Positions 51,431 to 63,895 of a stretch of DNA of 64,000 nucleotides are shown in pieces. A program made the translations under genes and the position numbers. Numbering within the stretch: the first letter of the stretch is position 1; every line of letters begins with the position of its first letter. The notes beneath the pieces were generated by a model. It was not told the origin of the DNA. It made no database searches and saw only the letters and a list, made by a program, of their open reading frames with translations. The stretch covers positions 84,816,001-84,880,000 of the forward strand of contig NC_043003.1 of assembly GCF_006345805.1 (NCBI RefSeq), given 5' to 3'. This DNA comes from Octopus sinensis. Taxonomy: Eukaryota.

Positions 51431-54159
51431 CTACCACAAAATAGAACTTAACTATTATGAAGTGTAAATCAGGACAAAGCAAAGTTTGAAGGGTAAAAAT
51501 TACAGCAACAAAAAAGAAAGAATACACTCGTGAAGTGAAATAAAATATTTATTTTAATAATTATTACAACAATCATTAATTTTTAGTTCATTTAGAAATT
51601 TAGAATTATTTGACATTTTATAATTTAGTCAAATAAAATTTTCCGATCGTTGAAAAAAAATATATCAAAATCAAAAGAATTGAATATACTTAATAATTTG
51701 TAGGTATTGCTTTTTTTATTAATAGCTTCATTTGAAGAAGTGTAGTGGGAAGCCGTGACATTCGTTCAAAGGATAGTGACGCGAGGAAAATGAAATAACC
51801 ACAGCAGATGATTCAAACTAAATCGCAGAAACGTATTTGGTTTTTACTGTGAAGAAATAAAATAAATGAGGGAAACTCTACGGGACTGCTAGAAATAGCA
51901 GACCAAATCAAACTCAGACCACTTTGTAATGTCTTTAGAAAAAAGGAAGGCTACAATGAACAACATTCTTTACTTCCTTTGTTTGTTTTTGTCAGCATTA
52001 CCAAGGAGATGCCAAAGAACCGCTATCATGATTCACCGGTATTCAAAAAGTTGAGTGCTAATCTTTGGAACACATTTGACCATATGTCTTTTCCCAGCTT
52101 ATCCCAGAATAGTGTGAGGGAAGTAAAATAGATTCAACCGGTTCCGTTCAGTCAAAACCTATTTACAACTGATTTACTACAAGGTTACACATTGAGAGGG
52201 AAAGAGTAGAGTTCGAACTTTTAATATGTATTAAGTGTGGATGGATGATTGTTAAACTTGATGCGCGTGCGTGTGTGAGAACAATACTTATCCATTATTA
52301 GTAGAAAAAGAAGGGCAATGGATTGACAGAATCGTCAATGCGTCGAACAAATCCTTTGCAGGATTTGTTCCGATTTTTTATGTCTGTAACCAAGGCAAAC
52401 TTGTCTTTTCATTCCTCTAAAGTAGATAAAATAAAGAATATGTCATGTACTGACGTAATCGACTAACCTCCTTCTCTCGAAATTGCTGGCCTTGTACCTA
52501 AATTTGAAATTAATTTAGTAGATAGGAAAAACGCACCCTTGTGTTTGTAAGTGTGTCTAGTGATCAATATTAAGTTGTTGTTTCACTCCAGTTTAGAAAT
52601 GACTGAGCAGACATATGATGAAAGACGTTCCAATCTTGACCACTTAGTATAGGACCTCATTATATAATGGGTTTTGTAAGACAGTGGAACATGAAAAAAC
52701 TTGGTTGCTATTTCCAGCAAATCAAGTGACCACATAGAGTTCCCCTTTCGCCGCTGGCTCCAAAATTTGTAGTAAAAGGAACATGTTTGAGAGTAGGTCA
52801 CAGTAAACACCGAACTGGATGTTTTATTCTATATAGTTCGGTATCTCATTTCTTTTAGTTCAAAACTCTGCTGCAATAAATTTCATTTATCCTTCAGTGA
52901 GTCTGTAAAAAAAACTATCAGTAATACACTGGAGTTACTTTTACTGACTCCCTCGTCACTTCAATTCATGTCTAGCCAAATAAAATCAATATTAGAAGTA
53001 GCATATATTATTTTTTGAAAATCATAACTGATAGAAAATTAAGGATAAAATTTAAACAAAAGTTTTCTTAATGTTCTTGGTATTCTGTAAGTGTTCTTCA
53101 ATTAAAAACCAAAATCGCCGAGGTCAACAAAGCCAGAAGACTTGTCAAAGGAATTTGCACATCTAAAATGAAATAAAATAAAATTTGATACAATAATTAA
53201 ATAAAATAGAAGATATATTCATTCGCTTTACATGTAATTCAGTCAAAGCATAAAAAGGATCCGACGATAATTTATAAGATAGAGTGAGGTTTAATGAGTA
53301 AGCATTGTATTATTCAGAAACAGTGCTTCATTTATTCATTTCAAACAACTCAGAGCAAGAAATGAGGAATATCTGGGATGTTGACTGGACAAAAGACTAC
53401 TCCCAAATTACACTTTCCTTATTACAAAGCCAGAGACCTTGCTCTTGCCTGTTTCTAGAGTACTTGGCTTTGTAGGTGAGTCTTTGCGGTGTTGTGCAAG
53501 TTGTTATTGAATTTAATTTCAACACAGAAATTGCTGACATCCATTGTGCTTAAAGTCTAGGAACAAGATTAATTGTCGATGATGATCATACGATTTTACA
53601 TCCACCCTGTATGTATGTATGCATGTATGTATGTATGTATGTATGTATGTATGTATGTATGTATGTATGTATGTATGGCTGGCTTGCTGGCTGACTGGAT
53701 GGATGGATGGATGAATGGATGGTTTGCATACATTCAATCGAAACGGGCTGGTAAATATATGAAGCATGTGAACTCTCTTTCTGAGAAGGGTACGAAACAA
53801 ATATTTTTGCGTGACCAGCGCGGTCGTGTCAGCTTCTCAAAGGCAGGCCTACTCAATAACAAGTGGGATTATGAAGTTGGCCCGTCTACAAATCCATTAT
53901 GTTCTCTTGTGAACCGTCTTTAGTAGAATAAGTGGGTCAGCCAATGGACTCTATTGGATTTGTAGATCCCAACACCCATTGGTCGGGCTATTGCTAAATG
54001 GCTGACTTGTGATCGGTGAGGAATGACTTGTAGGTCTCTTGCAGGCCTTAGGAGTCATACGATACGTCATTAGCGATGGAGAGACAAAACTTAAGATATT
54101 TCTTAGACTCAAATGGGTTTAGAAAGCAGTTTTATCATGTCACGAGTCGACTTCCATAA

Positions 54160-54420
54160 TGTATGAATGTATGTATGTATGTAAGTATGTATGCATGCAT
54201 GTATGTATATATGTATGTATGTACGTATGTATGTATGTATGTATGTATGTATGTATGTATGTAGGTAGGTAGGTAGGTAGGTAGGTAGGTAGGTAGGTCG
54301 GTCGGTAGGTAGGTAGGTAGGTAGGTAGGTAGGTAGTAGGTAGGTAGGTAGGTAGGTAGGTAGGTAGGTAGGTAGGTAGGTAGGTAGGTAGGTAGGTAGA
54401 ATGAATGAATGAATGATATA
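54160..54420. repeat. Compound tetranucleotide microsatellite (ATGT)n-(AGGT)n-(ATGA)n. Others: (ATGT)n at 21505-21565 and 53610-53720; (GTA/GTG)n at 14077-14190; (TAA/ATT)n at 22720-22890, 29365-29465, 56527-56625, 56880-56974 and 57165-57250
   Basis: Read directly. Confidence 0.95.
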
Positions 54421-54698
54421 TAGGTATGCATTATGTGTATAAATAAGCAAAAGAGTTTACTCTACGTAGTTCCTAATCATAATTTTCTCGACTCTCTGTT
54501 ACCTGGTTTAGGATAAACAGCATCAATCAACATGTTGAAAAATCCTTATAATTTCAACTGCGGGATATTATAGACTGTTTCAGTATCTAGAACTTTCAAG
54601 ATAGACAAATCTTTGTTGAAATAAGTTGCAGTTGTATCAACAATATTCCAAGCTATGGTATAAATTGGTACCTGAGCCATCAGATGAACCATAATAAG

Positions 54699-54957
54699 TA
54701 TTGGGTTGGTGCGTAATTATTGCGGGGCTTTTTTCAACAAATTTTATTCAACAAAAACAATAACAACATTTAACAAAAACATCTTTAAATGATTATTCCG
54801 GAGCATATTCACCATCTACTTCAATTACTGCTTCCCGTTTGCTTGGCAGACGATCAGACCGTCATTTAAAGATGTTTTTGTTAAATATTGTTATTGTTTA
54901 TGTTGAATAAAGTTTGTTGAAAAAAAAAAACCGCAATAATTATGCACCAACCCAATA
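54699..54957. mobile_element. Palindromic mariner MITE (MADE-like) with about 95-bp TIRs
   Basis: TA-ttgggttggtgcgtaattattgcgg...catctttaaatga / tcatttaaagatg...ccgcaataattatgcaccaacccaa-TA. Confidence 0.88.
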
Positions 54958-56525
54958 GAATGTTTTTCTGTTTCTACACATAAAGGAGTAGAGGCTTGAT
55001 TGTAATGCCTCTTGAAGCTGATAACGTTGAGCTAATTATATTTTCCTTAGATAAGTGCTTGTTAGATGGTATACCTGATGTTTAGAGTATTCACTCTGAA
55101 GAGTGAATTCACTTTGATTATTAATAAACAGATGCTGGGGATGTGTATATGTGCGTTTACGACTGTTTCCTGATGGAAATTATGCTGGTTAGGCAAGATT
55201 AGATCGCTTTAATATCGTATGTATTGATGAGCTTTTTACGTTTCTACGGCGATATAAATATGGCATGTCCTTAAACAATGAAAATTCATATCTTCTATGA
55301 ATGATGTTAATTTGTCTATCTATTCAATTTTGCATATTATGACTGCAATTTGCACTGATTAATAATATTATTATTACTCTTTTACTCTTTTACTTGTTTC
55401 AGTCATTTGACTGCGGCCATGCTGGAGCACCGCCTTTAATCGAGCAACTCGACCCCGGGACTTATTCTTTGTAAGCCCAGTACTTATTCTATCGGTCTCT
55501 TTTGCCGAACCGCTAAGTAACGGGGACGTAAACACACCAGCATCGGTTGTCAAGCGATGGTGGGGGGGCAAACACAGACACACAAACATATACACACACA
55601 TACATATATATATATACATATATACGACAGGCTTCTTTCAGTTTCCGTCTACCAAATCCACTCACAAGGCTTTGGTCGACCCGAGGCTATAGCAGAAGGC
55701 ACTTGCCCAAGATGCCACGCAGTGGGACTGAACCCGGAACCATGTTGTTGGTAAACAAGCTACTTACCACACAACCAACCTGCGTAATTTTATTTTTATT
55801 TTCAAGAAATTACTATACGAATGAAAGGAGTCGATCTAAATATACACACATACAAATTATTATATCAATTAAATAGTAATAAACAATTCATAATTTTAGT
55901 AAACTGATAATACACTTATATTTCATAAGCCAGGATCTGCACTTCTTGTTATTTCTGGATGTGATATTTCCTTTGGCCTCTTAGTACTGACATATTAATA
56001 TCCTAGTCCATTTTCATTCACTTTAACATATCCTCAATGAAGGAGACTGATTTAAATGTTAAATTCAAGCTTATCGTCGACTGCTGACCAATTCATTCAC
56101 CTTACTGCAAATTCCTTACTGTGTAAAATTTTTACAATGTCAGAAATAAGTGTCCTAGGTGTTGCGATAGTAGGTCCAATGACACTCCCCTGCATATTGT
56201 AATTGAATTTACTCTATATCCTTGTTTACAATACATACTTTTTTTCACTAAATCAGTATTAGAATTAGGGGTATTAGATTGCATAGATTTTCCTAAAGCA
56301 ATTTCATTAAAGAAATAATAAAGCGTAATAATTTTTTGGACTATTTATTGATACTTACTAATACACACACACACACACATTTGTATTATATAAACTGAAC
56401 TATTAAACATTAATATATTGGAATATAGTGTGTTATCTACCCCTATAAAATTTATGCGACACTGTGAGTAATATATGGTAACATATCAAGATACATTTCC
56501 TGATATTTTTCTCTAAGACTATGTC

Positions 56526-56614
<89 letters not shown>

Positions 56615-56880
56615 AAGAAGAAGAAGGGGGATATTCGACTACATCGACCTCTGTATTCAACTGGTACTTAATTTATCGACCCCGAAAGGATGAAAGTCAA
56701 CCTCAACGGAATTTTGAGCTCAGAACGTGAGGACGGACGAAATACTGTGAAGTATTTCGCCCGGCATGTTAAGGATTGTGTTTCAATTAGTTAATTTTTA
56801 TCTGGTGGGCCTTGTAACTGACACAACAAGCTGTTGTATCGTAAAATTAACCAAAACTATATGTGCAACAAAATACACAC

Positions 56881-56965
<85 letters not shown>

Positions 56966-57170
56966 ATTATTATTCAGAAGGTGAGCTAGCAAAATCCTTA
57001 GCATGCCGGGCGAAATACTTCACAGTATTTCGTCCGTCCTCATGTTCTGAGCTCAAATTCCACCGATGTTGACTTTCATCCTTTCGGGGTCGATAAATTA
57101 AGTACCAGTTGAATACAGAGGTCGATGCAGTCGACTATCACCCTTCCCCCAATTCAGGCCTTTATTGTTG

Positions 57171-57231
<61 letters not shown>

Positions 57232-57892
57232 CATTATTATTATTATTATTGAATTAGAGAGCAGTGCATGCCAACAAAGTAACAATGTGGTAGAATATAC
57301 GAAGTCCAATATACCCATCATAAATCCCCGTCTGATAAGGGTACATGAGGCGCATGCATTACAACCATATGTCGTGCACGTGGGGCCCAGTTAGAATTTT
57401 TATAATTCTTAAAATTTCCTTTTAATCTATTATGGAGTAAATGATTTCATTGGCATTTATAGTAAACGTAAATCAAATATATTAAATGTTTCATAGTTTG
57501 AAAGGTATTTTGAGAACAAAAATCATAGAATAAGATAGTACATTTGCTGAAATCCACATTACGACTATATGCTTATTGTTCTGAAGTTAAAACATTCATT
57601 TGACCTACTCACTCATAGACCACACTTTAAATTTTAGTGCATATGAATTATTTAAAAGCTATAGATTTCTATCTATTCTGTAGACTATACTATAGGTTTA
57701 CTAAATTTTAACACGATGTAGATGTCCGAAGTTAATATCTATTAGATTCAATGAGAGTAATGTGCAACTTCCACTATTTCATATTGATATATTGCTTCAA
57801 TCAATAATTCACTATCATGTCAAGAAATTATTCTCAAAATTCTACATAATATTTTCATCAAAGCAAGTTTCAACCACATGTATATATATATA

Positions 57893-58278
57893 GTGGAGGC
57901 GCAATGGCCCAGTGGTTAGGGCAGCGGACTCGCGGTCGTATGATCGCGGTTTCGATTCCCAGACCGGGCGTTGTGAGTGTTTATTGAGCGAAAACACCTA
58001 AAGCTCCACGAGGCTCCGGCAGGGGATGGTGGTGATCTCTGCTGTACTCTTTCACCACAACTTTCTCTCACTCTTTCTTCTTGTTTCTGTTGTACCTGTA
58101 ATTTCAAAGGGCCGGCCTTGTCACTCTCTGTGTCACGCTGAATATCCCCGAGAACTACGTTAAGGGTACACGTATCTGTGGAGTGCTCAGCCACTTACAC
58201 GTTAATTTCACGAGCAGGCTGTTCCGTTGGTCGGATCAACCGGAACCCTCATCGTCGTAACCGACGGAGTGCTTCCAC
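57893..58278 (+). mobile_element. Full-length tRNA-derived SINE (family 3) inserted in a TA tract
   Basis: A-box-like tggcccagtggttagg and B-box-like ggtttcgattccc, followed by a GC-rich body sharply distinct from its AT-rich flanks. Confidence 0.8.
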
Positions 58279-58447
58279 TATATAAATAAATAGCAATAGA
58301 AGTTTTTTGTAGCAGTTACATCTAATAACATCTGATATATTTTAGTATTATTATTCAAGATATTAATGAATCCATTAACGAAATTATGAACAACACGACT
58401 GTAAGATATAAAGGATAATAGTACATGCATTTATAAGCATTACTTAC

Positions 58448-58483
58448 ATTTTGGGTTTTCAAAGCTTGCAGCAGCTCTAGACC
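58448..58483 (-). CDS. Putative 36-nt micro-exon (GLELLQALKTQN or xSRAAASFENPK)
   Basis: Minus strand reads atgtatctgcattttccag|ggtctagagctgctgcaagctttgaaaacccaaaat|gtaagta. Flanks are more distantly homologous to the other three units. Confidence 0.5.
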
Positions 58484-60849
58484 CTGGAAAATGCAGATAC
58501 ATGTTATGTTCAAACTATGAAACGCTATTTAATAAGACATATTACAAATATATATTTCTGTTTTGTCTCATAATGTTTCAGATTATATATTATACGATAA
58601 AATAATTAATTATATGTGGCAAATATACTCAAATAAGAACCATGAACAAAAACCCCGTAAATGTCCAGTCAATATTTCTAAAATGCAATATGTTACCATG
58701 AGGCCATGTACAATACGGATGATATTTAGTTTATCATATATCTAGGCGAAACACATAGAGTTAAAACAGACATGAAAATTGAGAAAGTATTGCTCCTTTC
58801 ATAATTTTTCGACCTTAAACTATACGAAAGAAATGACACACTGGTTCACCGTAAACGTAACTACCGTGTCAACTCATGCCATTATCATATGATGAATAAT
58901 TCCTCAAAATATATGACAATCCTATTCAAGGAGGAGACAGCATGAGAACGATAGAAATTTCTGATATCTCGCAATCGATCTGCATAACATATGATGAATA
59001 TTAAGACGTCCATTCGATACACAAAATATATTTAACTTGTAGTATAAATTCAATTCATCGATAGAAAGCATGTAACTTAACACAGCTGAAGACTGTGCGT
59101 ATAATGTTCCTATCATAATGTTTTGTATGACTGGATTGTAAGAATGACACTTCACACTGTTCATTCATAAACACATTTCACCAAGTCCAGACATCAGCAA
59201 AAACTGTCACTAACGGCTGATACATCCATCTTCATAAGTGATTTTGGAGGTATACCTAACTAATTCTCTTAAATTGTATTTTTGTAGTTTCAACGGAAAC
59301 GTTTCGAGAAAAGCAACCAAAACTATTCTTCTAAATATGATTGTAAAATCCGTTTGATAATTCTTCCTACTATATACACAAGGTCTGAAATTTCGGGGTT
59401 AGGGGCTAATCGATTACATCGGCCCCAGTGCGTAACTGGTACTTATTTCATCGATCCTGAAATGGATGAAATGTAATGTCGACCTTGGCGAAATTAGAGC
59501 TCAGGACGTAAGAAACACCGCTAAATATTTTCCCTGGCGTTCTAACGATTCTGCCAGCCGCCGCTTAAAATTCGCTTAATAATAATATTTATGTCTATAT
59601 AAAACATCATTACCATAATCTGCTTTATAATAAATAGTATAATTGATATTAGATGTTTTATAGTTTGAAATAGATTTTTTCACAATCAAGTAAATATATA
59701 CTACATTTTTAGACATCTATATTAATATTAAAGACCTTATGTTCAGCTGTTAAAAAATTCATTCCACCAACTAAATCCTTTCTAATATAGTTACAAGGCC
59801 TGAAATCACTTACTTTATAGAGTTCAAATGATAAGATATATAGATCAGGGATTTTGTGGTTTAAAGTAGTAGAAAGGTCTGGAGCCCCACAAAATCCCTG
59901 ATCTGTAGAACTTATCCATTCAATAGGTCCCCATGTACGGAAAATAGTTGTATAGAATATTGGATGAGACCACAGGTTAACTGCAAGTTTAGGAATATAG
60001 TATATGGCTTACGATATACTGAAGGACGGTGCAGAAACAAGACAACTACTTACATTGAAGAGACAGCATGTAGTATAGATGAGCGGGAGCTCAAAGAAGA
60101 GAAAAGCTCATCAGTGCTCTATCAAAATGCTCAAGCAGACCATAGAAGTTCGGTTAATAACATAGAGGTTAAGGTTTATTATCATTATTGGCTTTCTATT
60201 CCATTCGTTATACTATCTACTTCCAAAACTGAGACAGTATATCCATGTCAATAATAAATATTTATTTGAGGCAATGTTTGTGATGCATGTCATTTTCTAT
60301 ACCTCGAAGTATTCTCAAAGTTCAATCACTGGTTTACGATAAATTATACATCAATGTTCTGACCAATGCAACATGTAACATTCTTTAAAGTAACTTTCAG
60401 ACATGTATCAATATATAGCAATATACATCAAAACATATTGGTTGACAGCATTTCATATTTACATTCTTAAACATAAATAGTTTCGTATTTTTATAATAGT
60501 TCGTATTGAAACTATGAATTGCTTCAAATATGGGCACAGACACAGCAATTTTGTGGGATACCTGTTCAATCATTTACATGTAACCAAATAGTTGAGTACG
60601 ACTTTATTTTACCGCCTGCGACAGGAGGTAATGCAATGATAATCTCAGCAGCATTTCAACGCATACCGAAGGGAACCAAATGACGAGGAATCTTATACCT
60701 CTTAGGAATCTTATACGAGGAATCTTATACCTCTTAGGAATCTTATACATTTTAAAGATTCTGCCTCAGGAAATTATGAATAAAAACACGAATATAATAA
60801 TTACAAAATTGTTTGAGTATTAACGTAATTATATATAAGCATCCGTTAC

Positions 60850-60879
60850 CTTTTTCAGTTGTAGTAGGATTGGTTGGGC
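60850..60879 (-). CDS. Putative 30-nt micro-exon (AQPILLQLKK or xPTNPTTTEK)
   Basis: Minus strand reads atgtactttatatatttctag|gcccaaccaatcctactacaactgaaaaag|gtaacg, with homologous flanks. Confidence 0.5.
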
Positions 60880-62909
60880 CTAGAAATATATAAAGTACAT
60901 ATTATTATACAACGAAAATCTGATTACAATGTCATTTTCCATAATAGATACTATGGATACACAACATACCATTTTTATGTTTCCTCTAATAATAATTTCA
61001 ATGGCATGCACACCGAATATATTATTAGCATTTAATATACAATAAATATTGCTACTTTTGTTTATTACATATTTCGGATTATATGAAAGACACGACATCC
61101 AGTTTTAGCGTGAATTTATCAAAGTTATTTACCTTATACTACAAGGTAGATCGGTATAAGGATACACCAGTACCACTAACTGACGGTTTACGTTATGCAG
61201 GATACTCATTGCATGACTTTATCAGATATATATCGGGATTCATTGCCATCTTCTTTGCTATTCATCATACAAAGGGTCTTAATAAACGAAGATTATAGCA
61301 CTGAGATATAAAGAATGCTATTGGTATGCACAGTTTTGATGTTGTCACAGAAGGTTATGATTTGTTCAACTATTTCATATTTCCCAAACTGATGTATAAC
61401 TAACTATATCCTTTAAATTATAAAGCAATATAGTAAAACTAGGTTTTCTAAATGTAATTTTAAAAACACGTAAGTTTCAATACTATTTTTAAATTCGTAA
61501 CAATATCTAAACTTACATGCGTGTAATTTTCTAACTGCTTAAAATTCATGCGTTGAAACATTACAGTTTTCATTATAATCTCCTCTCTTGAAAACTATTT
61601 TATTGGTGATTACGGTAAGAGTTTTGATTCAATATATCGTTCATAAACGGGATTAGATTACATTACAATTTTCATTATAATCTCCTCTCTTGAAAAATAT
61701 TTTATTGGTGATTACGGTAAGAGTTTTGATTCAATATATCGTTCATAAACGGGATTAGATTTCTTCAAAGACTTTCCGGAACATTCTATATTTTACGCTA
61801 TTCATATGAACGTAAATACTTTATCATCAAAATTTCAATCAATCGTTTACTTGAAACTTTTTCGTTCTTACACAATTTCATTTCAAGTTTTGATAAATTA
61901 TCATAAATCTATTTTCATTATTGGCTTTCTATTCCATTCATTATAATAACCACTTCCGAAACTGAGACATCATATCCAGGTCAGTAATAAATATTTCTTA
62001 GAGACAATGTCCGTGAAGCACGTAATCGTCTGTTCCACGTAAATTTCCCAAAAGTTAAAACACTGATTTACAATAAGTTATACTTCAGTGTTTTAACAAA
62101 GCAACAGGTAACAGTCTTTAAAGTATGTTACAAATATGTATCAATATATAGGGAATTACAACAAATTATTTTATAATATTTACAAAATATCAGAACATAA
62201 ATATTTTCGTATTTTAATAATAGTTCGTAATGGACACATGAAGTGTTTCAAATATGAGCAGAGGTCGTGCTATTTTGTCGGAGACAAATTAAATCGATTA
62301 CATTACATATGTTTTTATCAGATATTTCTAGATATTCATTTCCATATTGTGTGCTATTTATCATACAAAAGTTATTAATAATCCAACATTAGAGCACCCA
62401 GATATAAAGAATGGTTTGATTCATAGCGATCATGTTGTCACTGAATGATACATTATTTCAACTGTTTCATATTCCTCCAAGCCAAGCATAACTATATCTA
62501 TTTCTTTTACATTATGAAACTATATACTAAAACTATGTTTGCTAACTGTAATTTATAAACACTTAAGTTTCAATACTCTTTCAAAATGTGCGACGATATC
62601 TACAATCTACACGTATATGCGTGCAACTTTCTAATTACTTAAAATTCATAATTTCTAACATTGTGATATTCATTAATATCACATCTCTTGAAAATGATAT
62701 CATTGAGGATTTTTATATTTCATGTAATTCATATAATCACAGCATTTCAACGCATACCGAAGGGAACCAAATGACGAGCTGCTTAGGAATCTTATACCTA
62801 TTAAACATTCTGTCATGTTTTTACATCAGGAAATTATGAATAAAAAGATGAATATTTCAATTATAAAACTTTTTGAGTGTTAACGTAATTATATATAAGA
62901 ATCCCTTAG

Positions 62910-62939
62910 CTGTTGAACTTGCTGAAGGATTGATTGCAG
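62910..62939 (-). pseudogene. Putative 30-nt micro-exon copy with dead donor (LQSILQQVQQ or xAINPSASST)
   Basis: Minus strand reads atgtattttatatatttctag|ctgcaatcaatccttcagcaagttcaacag|CTaagg. Homologous to 60850-60879, but the GT donor is CT. Confidence 0.45.
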
Positions 62940-63874
62940 CTAGAAATATATAAAATACATATTATTATACAAAGAATATCTGATGACAATATCATTTTCC
63001 GTAATAGATATTATGGATACACAACATATCTGTTTTATGTTTCCTCTAATAATAACATCAATAGCTCTCGATAAAATATACCTTTCACAAACTCCATCAG
63101 ATTTTTTCACTCAGAATGTTCCTGGAAATGTCTATATTTCATGTCATTCATATAATCGTAAATACTGCATCATTTTCAGAATCCTTTTTACATCCTACAC
63201 ATTTTCATTTCCTGCTCGGCTTAATTGACTAAACTCTATTATTATTTCTGGCTTTCTCTTCTGTTCATTATACTAACTACATTCGAAACCGAGACATCAT
63301 ATCCATGTCAGAAGCAAATATTTATTAGAGGTAATATTTGTAATGCATGTCATCTTTTGTTCTACATAGTTTTACCAAAGTTCAAACATTCATATACAAT
63401 GCCTCATTTTTCAGTGTTTCACCAAAGCAACAGGTAAAGTAAATTACAGATATGTATCAATATATAGCAACATACATCAATACTTATTGTTTAACATAAT
63501 TTTATAATATTTACAACGTTTCAAAACATAAATATTTTCGTATCTTTATAATAGTTCGTAACGAAAATATGAAGTGCTTCAAATATGGGCAGAGGTCGTG
63601 CAACTTTGTGGGTGATCAATTCAATCTTTTACATTAGGCCAAATTGTTGAGCGTGACTATATTTTTCCGTCTGGCACAGGAGCTAATGCATTGATAAACA
63701 TGCCGGCATTTCAATGCATACCGAAAAGGGACACATGATGGTCAACTCAGCATTTTGGCCACACGTTAAATATTCTGTCAGTTGCTTACCTCAGGAATCT
63801 ATCAATAAAGCGATGAATATTTTAATTGTAAAATTCATTGAAAATTAACTTATTTATATAAGAGCATCACTTAC

Positions 63875-63895
63875 CTGTAGAATTTGTGTCAGGGG
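63875..63895 (-). CDS. Putative 21-nt micro-exon (PLTQILQ in phase 0; xPDTNST in phase 1)
   Basis: Minus strand reads atgtattttaaatatttccag|cccctgacacaaattctacag|gtaagtg. Strong consensus splice sites, with flanks homologous to three other array units. Confidence 0.5.

Noticed and set aside
53780-54090. GC-balanced segment with CCAAT and TGACGT motifs as a promoter or exon
   Set aside because: All frames are interrupted, no adjacent gene start was found, and the motifs are too short to be significant.
47891-55100. Alternative downstream exons for the CUB gene (47891 DIELHPRF..., 51991, 53354 ...IWDVDWTKDY..., 55054 DKCLLDG)
   Set aside because: They give no recognisable domain and early stops. 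Exon 46313-46512 already supplies a phase-matched TM, stop codon and polyA signal.
57893-57965. tRNA gene (also the tRNA-like segments at 39640-39710 and 40160-40230)
   Set aside because: There is no convincing acceptor stem or anticodon arm, and they continue into repeat bodies. These are SINE heads or relics.
58922-59256. Cys-containing minus-strand reading after a ttag acceptor (YTSKITYEDGCISR / 80-aa ORF)
   Set aside because: There are multiple stops in every frame and no identifiable domain.
62088-63433. + strand 19-nt AG...GT block (tgttt.a.caaagcaacag) in two array units
   Set aside because: It is not a multiple of 3, both sites are lost in the third unit, and no partner exons were found. 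Not excluded without RNA data.
63225-63437. + strand ORF with a signal-peptide-like start and Cys pattern (YYFWLSLLFIILTT...YPCQKQIFIRGNICNAC)
   Set aside because: The paralogous blocks at about 60183 and 61916 have TAA-TAA at the same codons and no preserved frame. It is best explained as intron sequence of the array.
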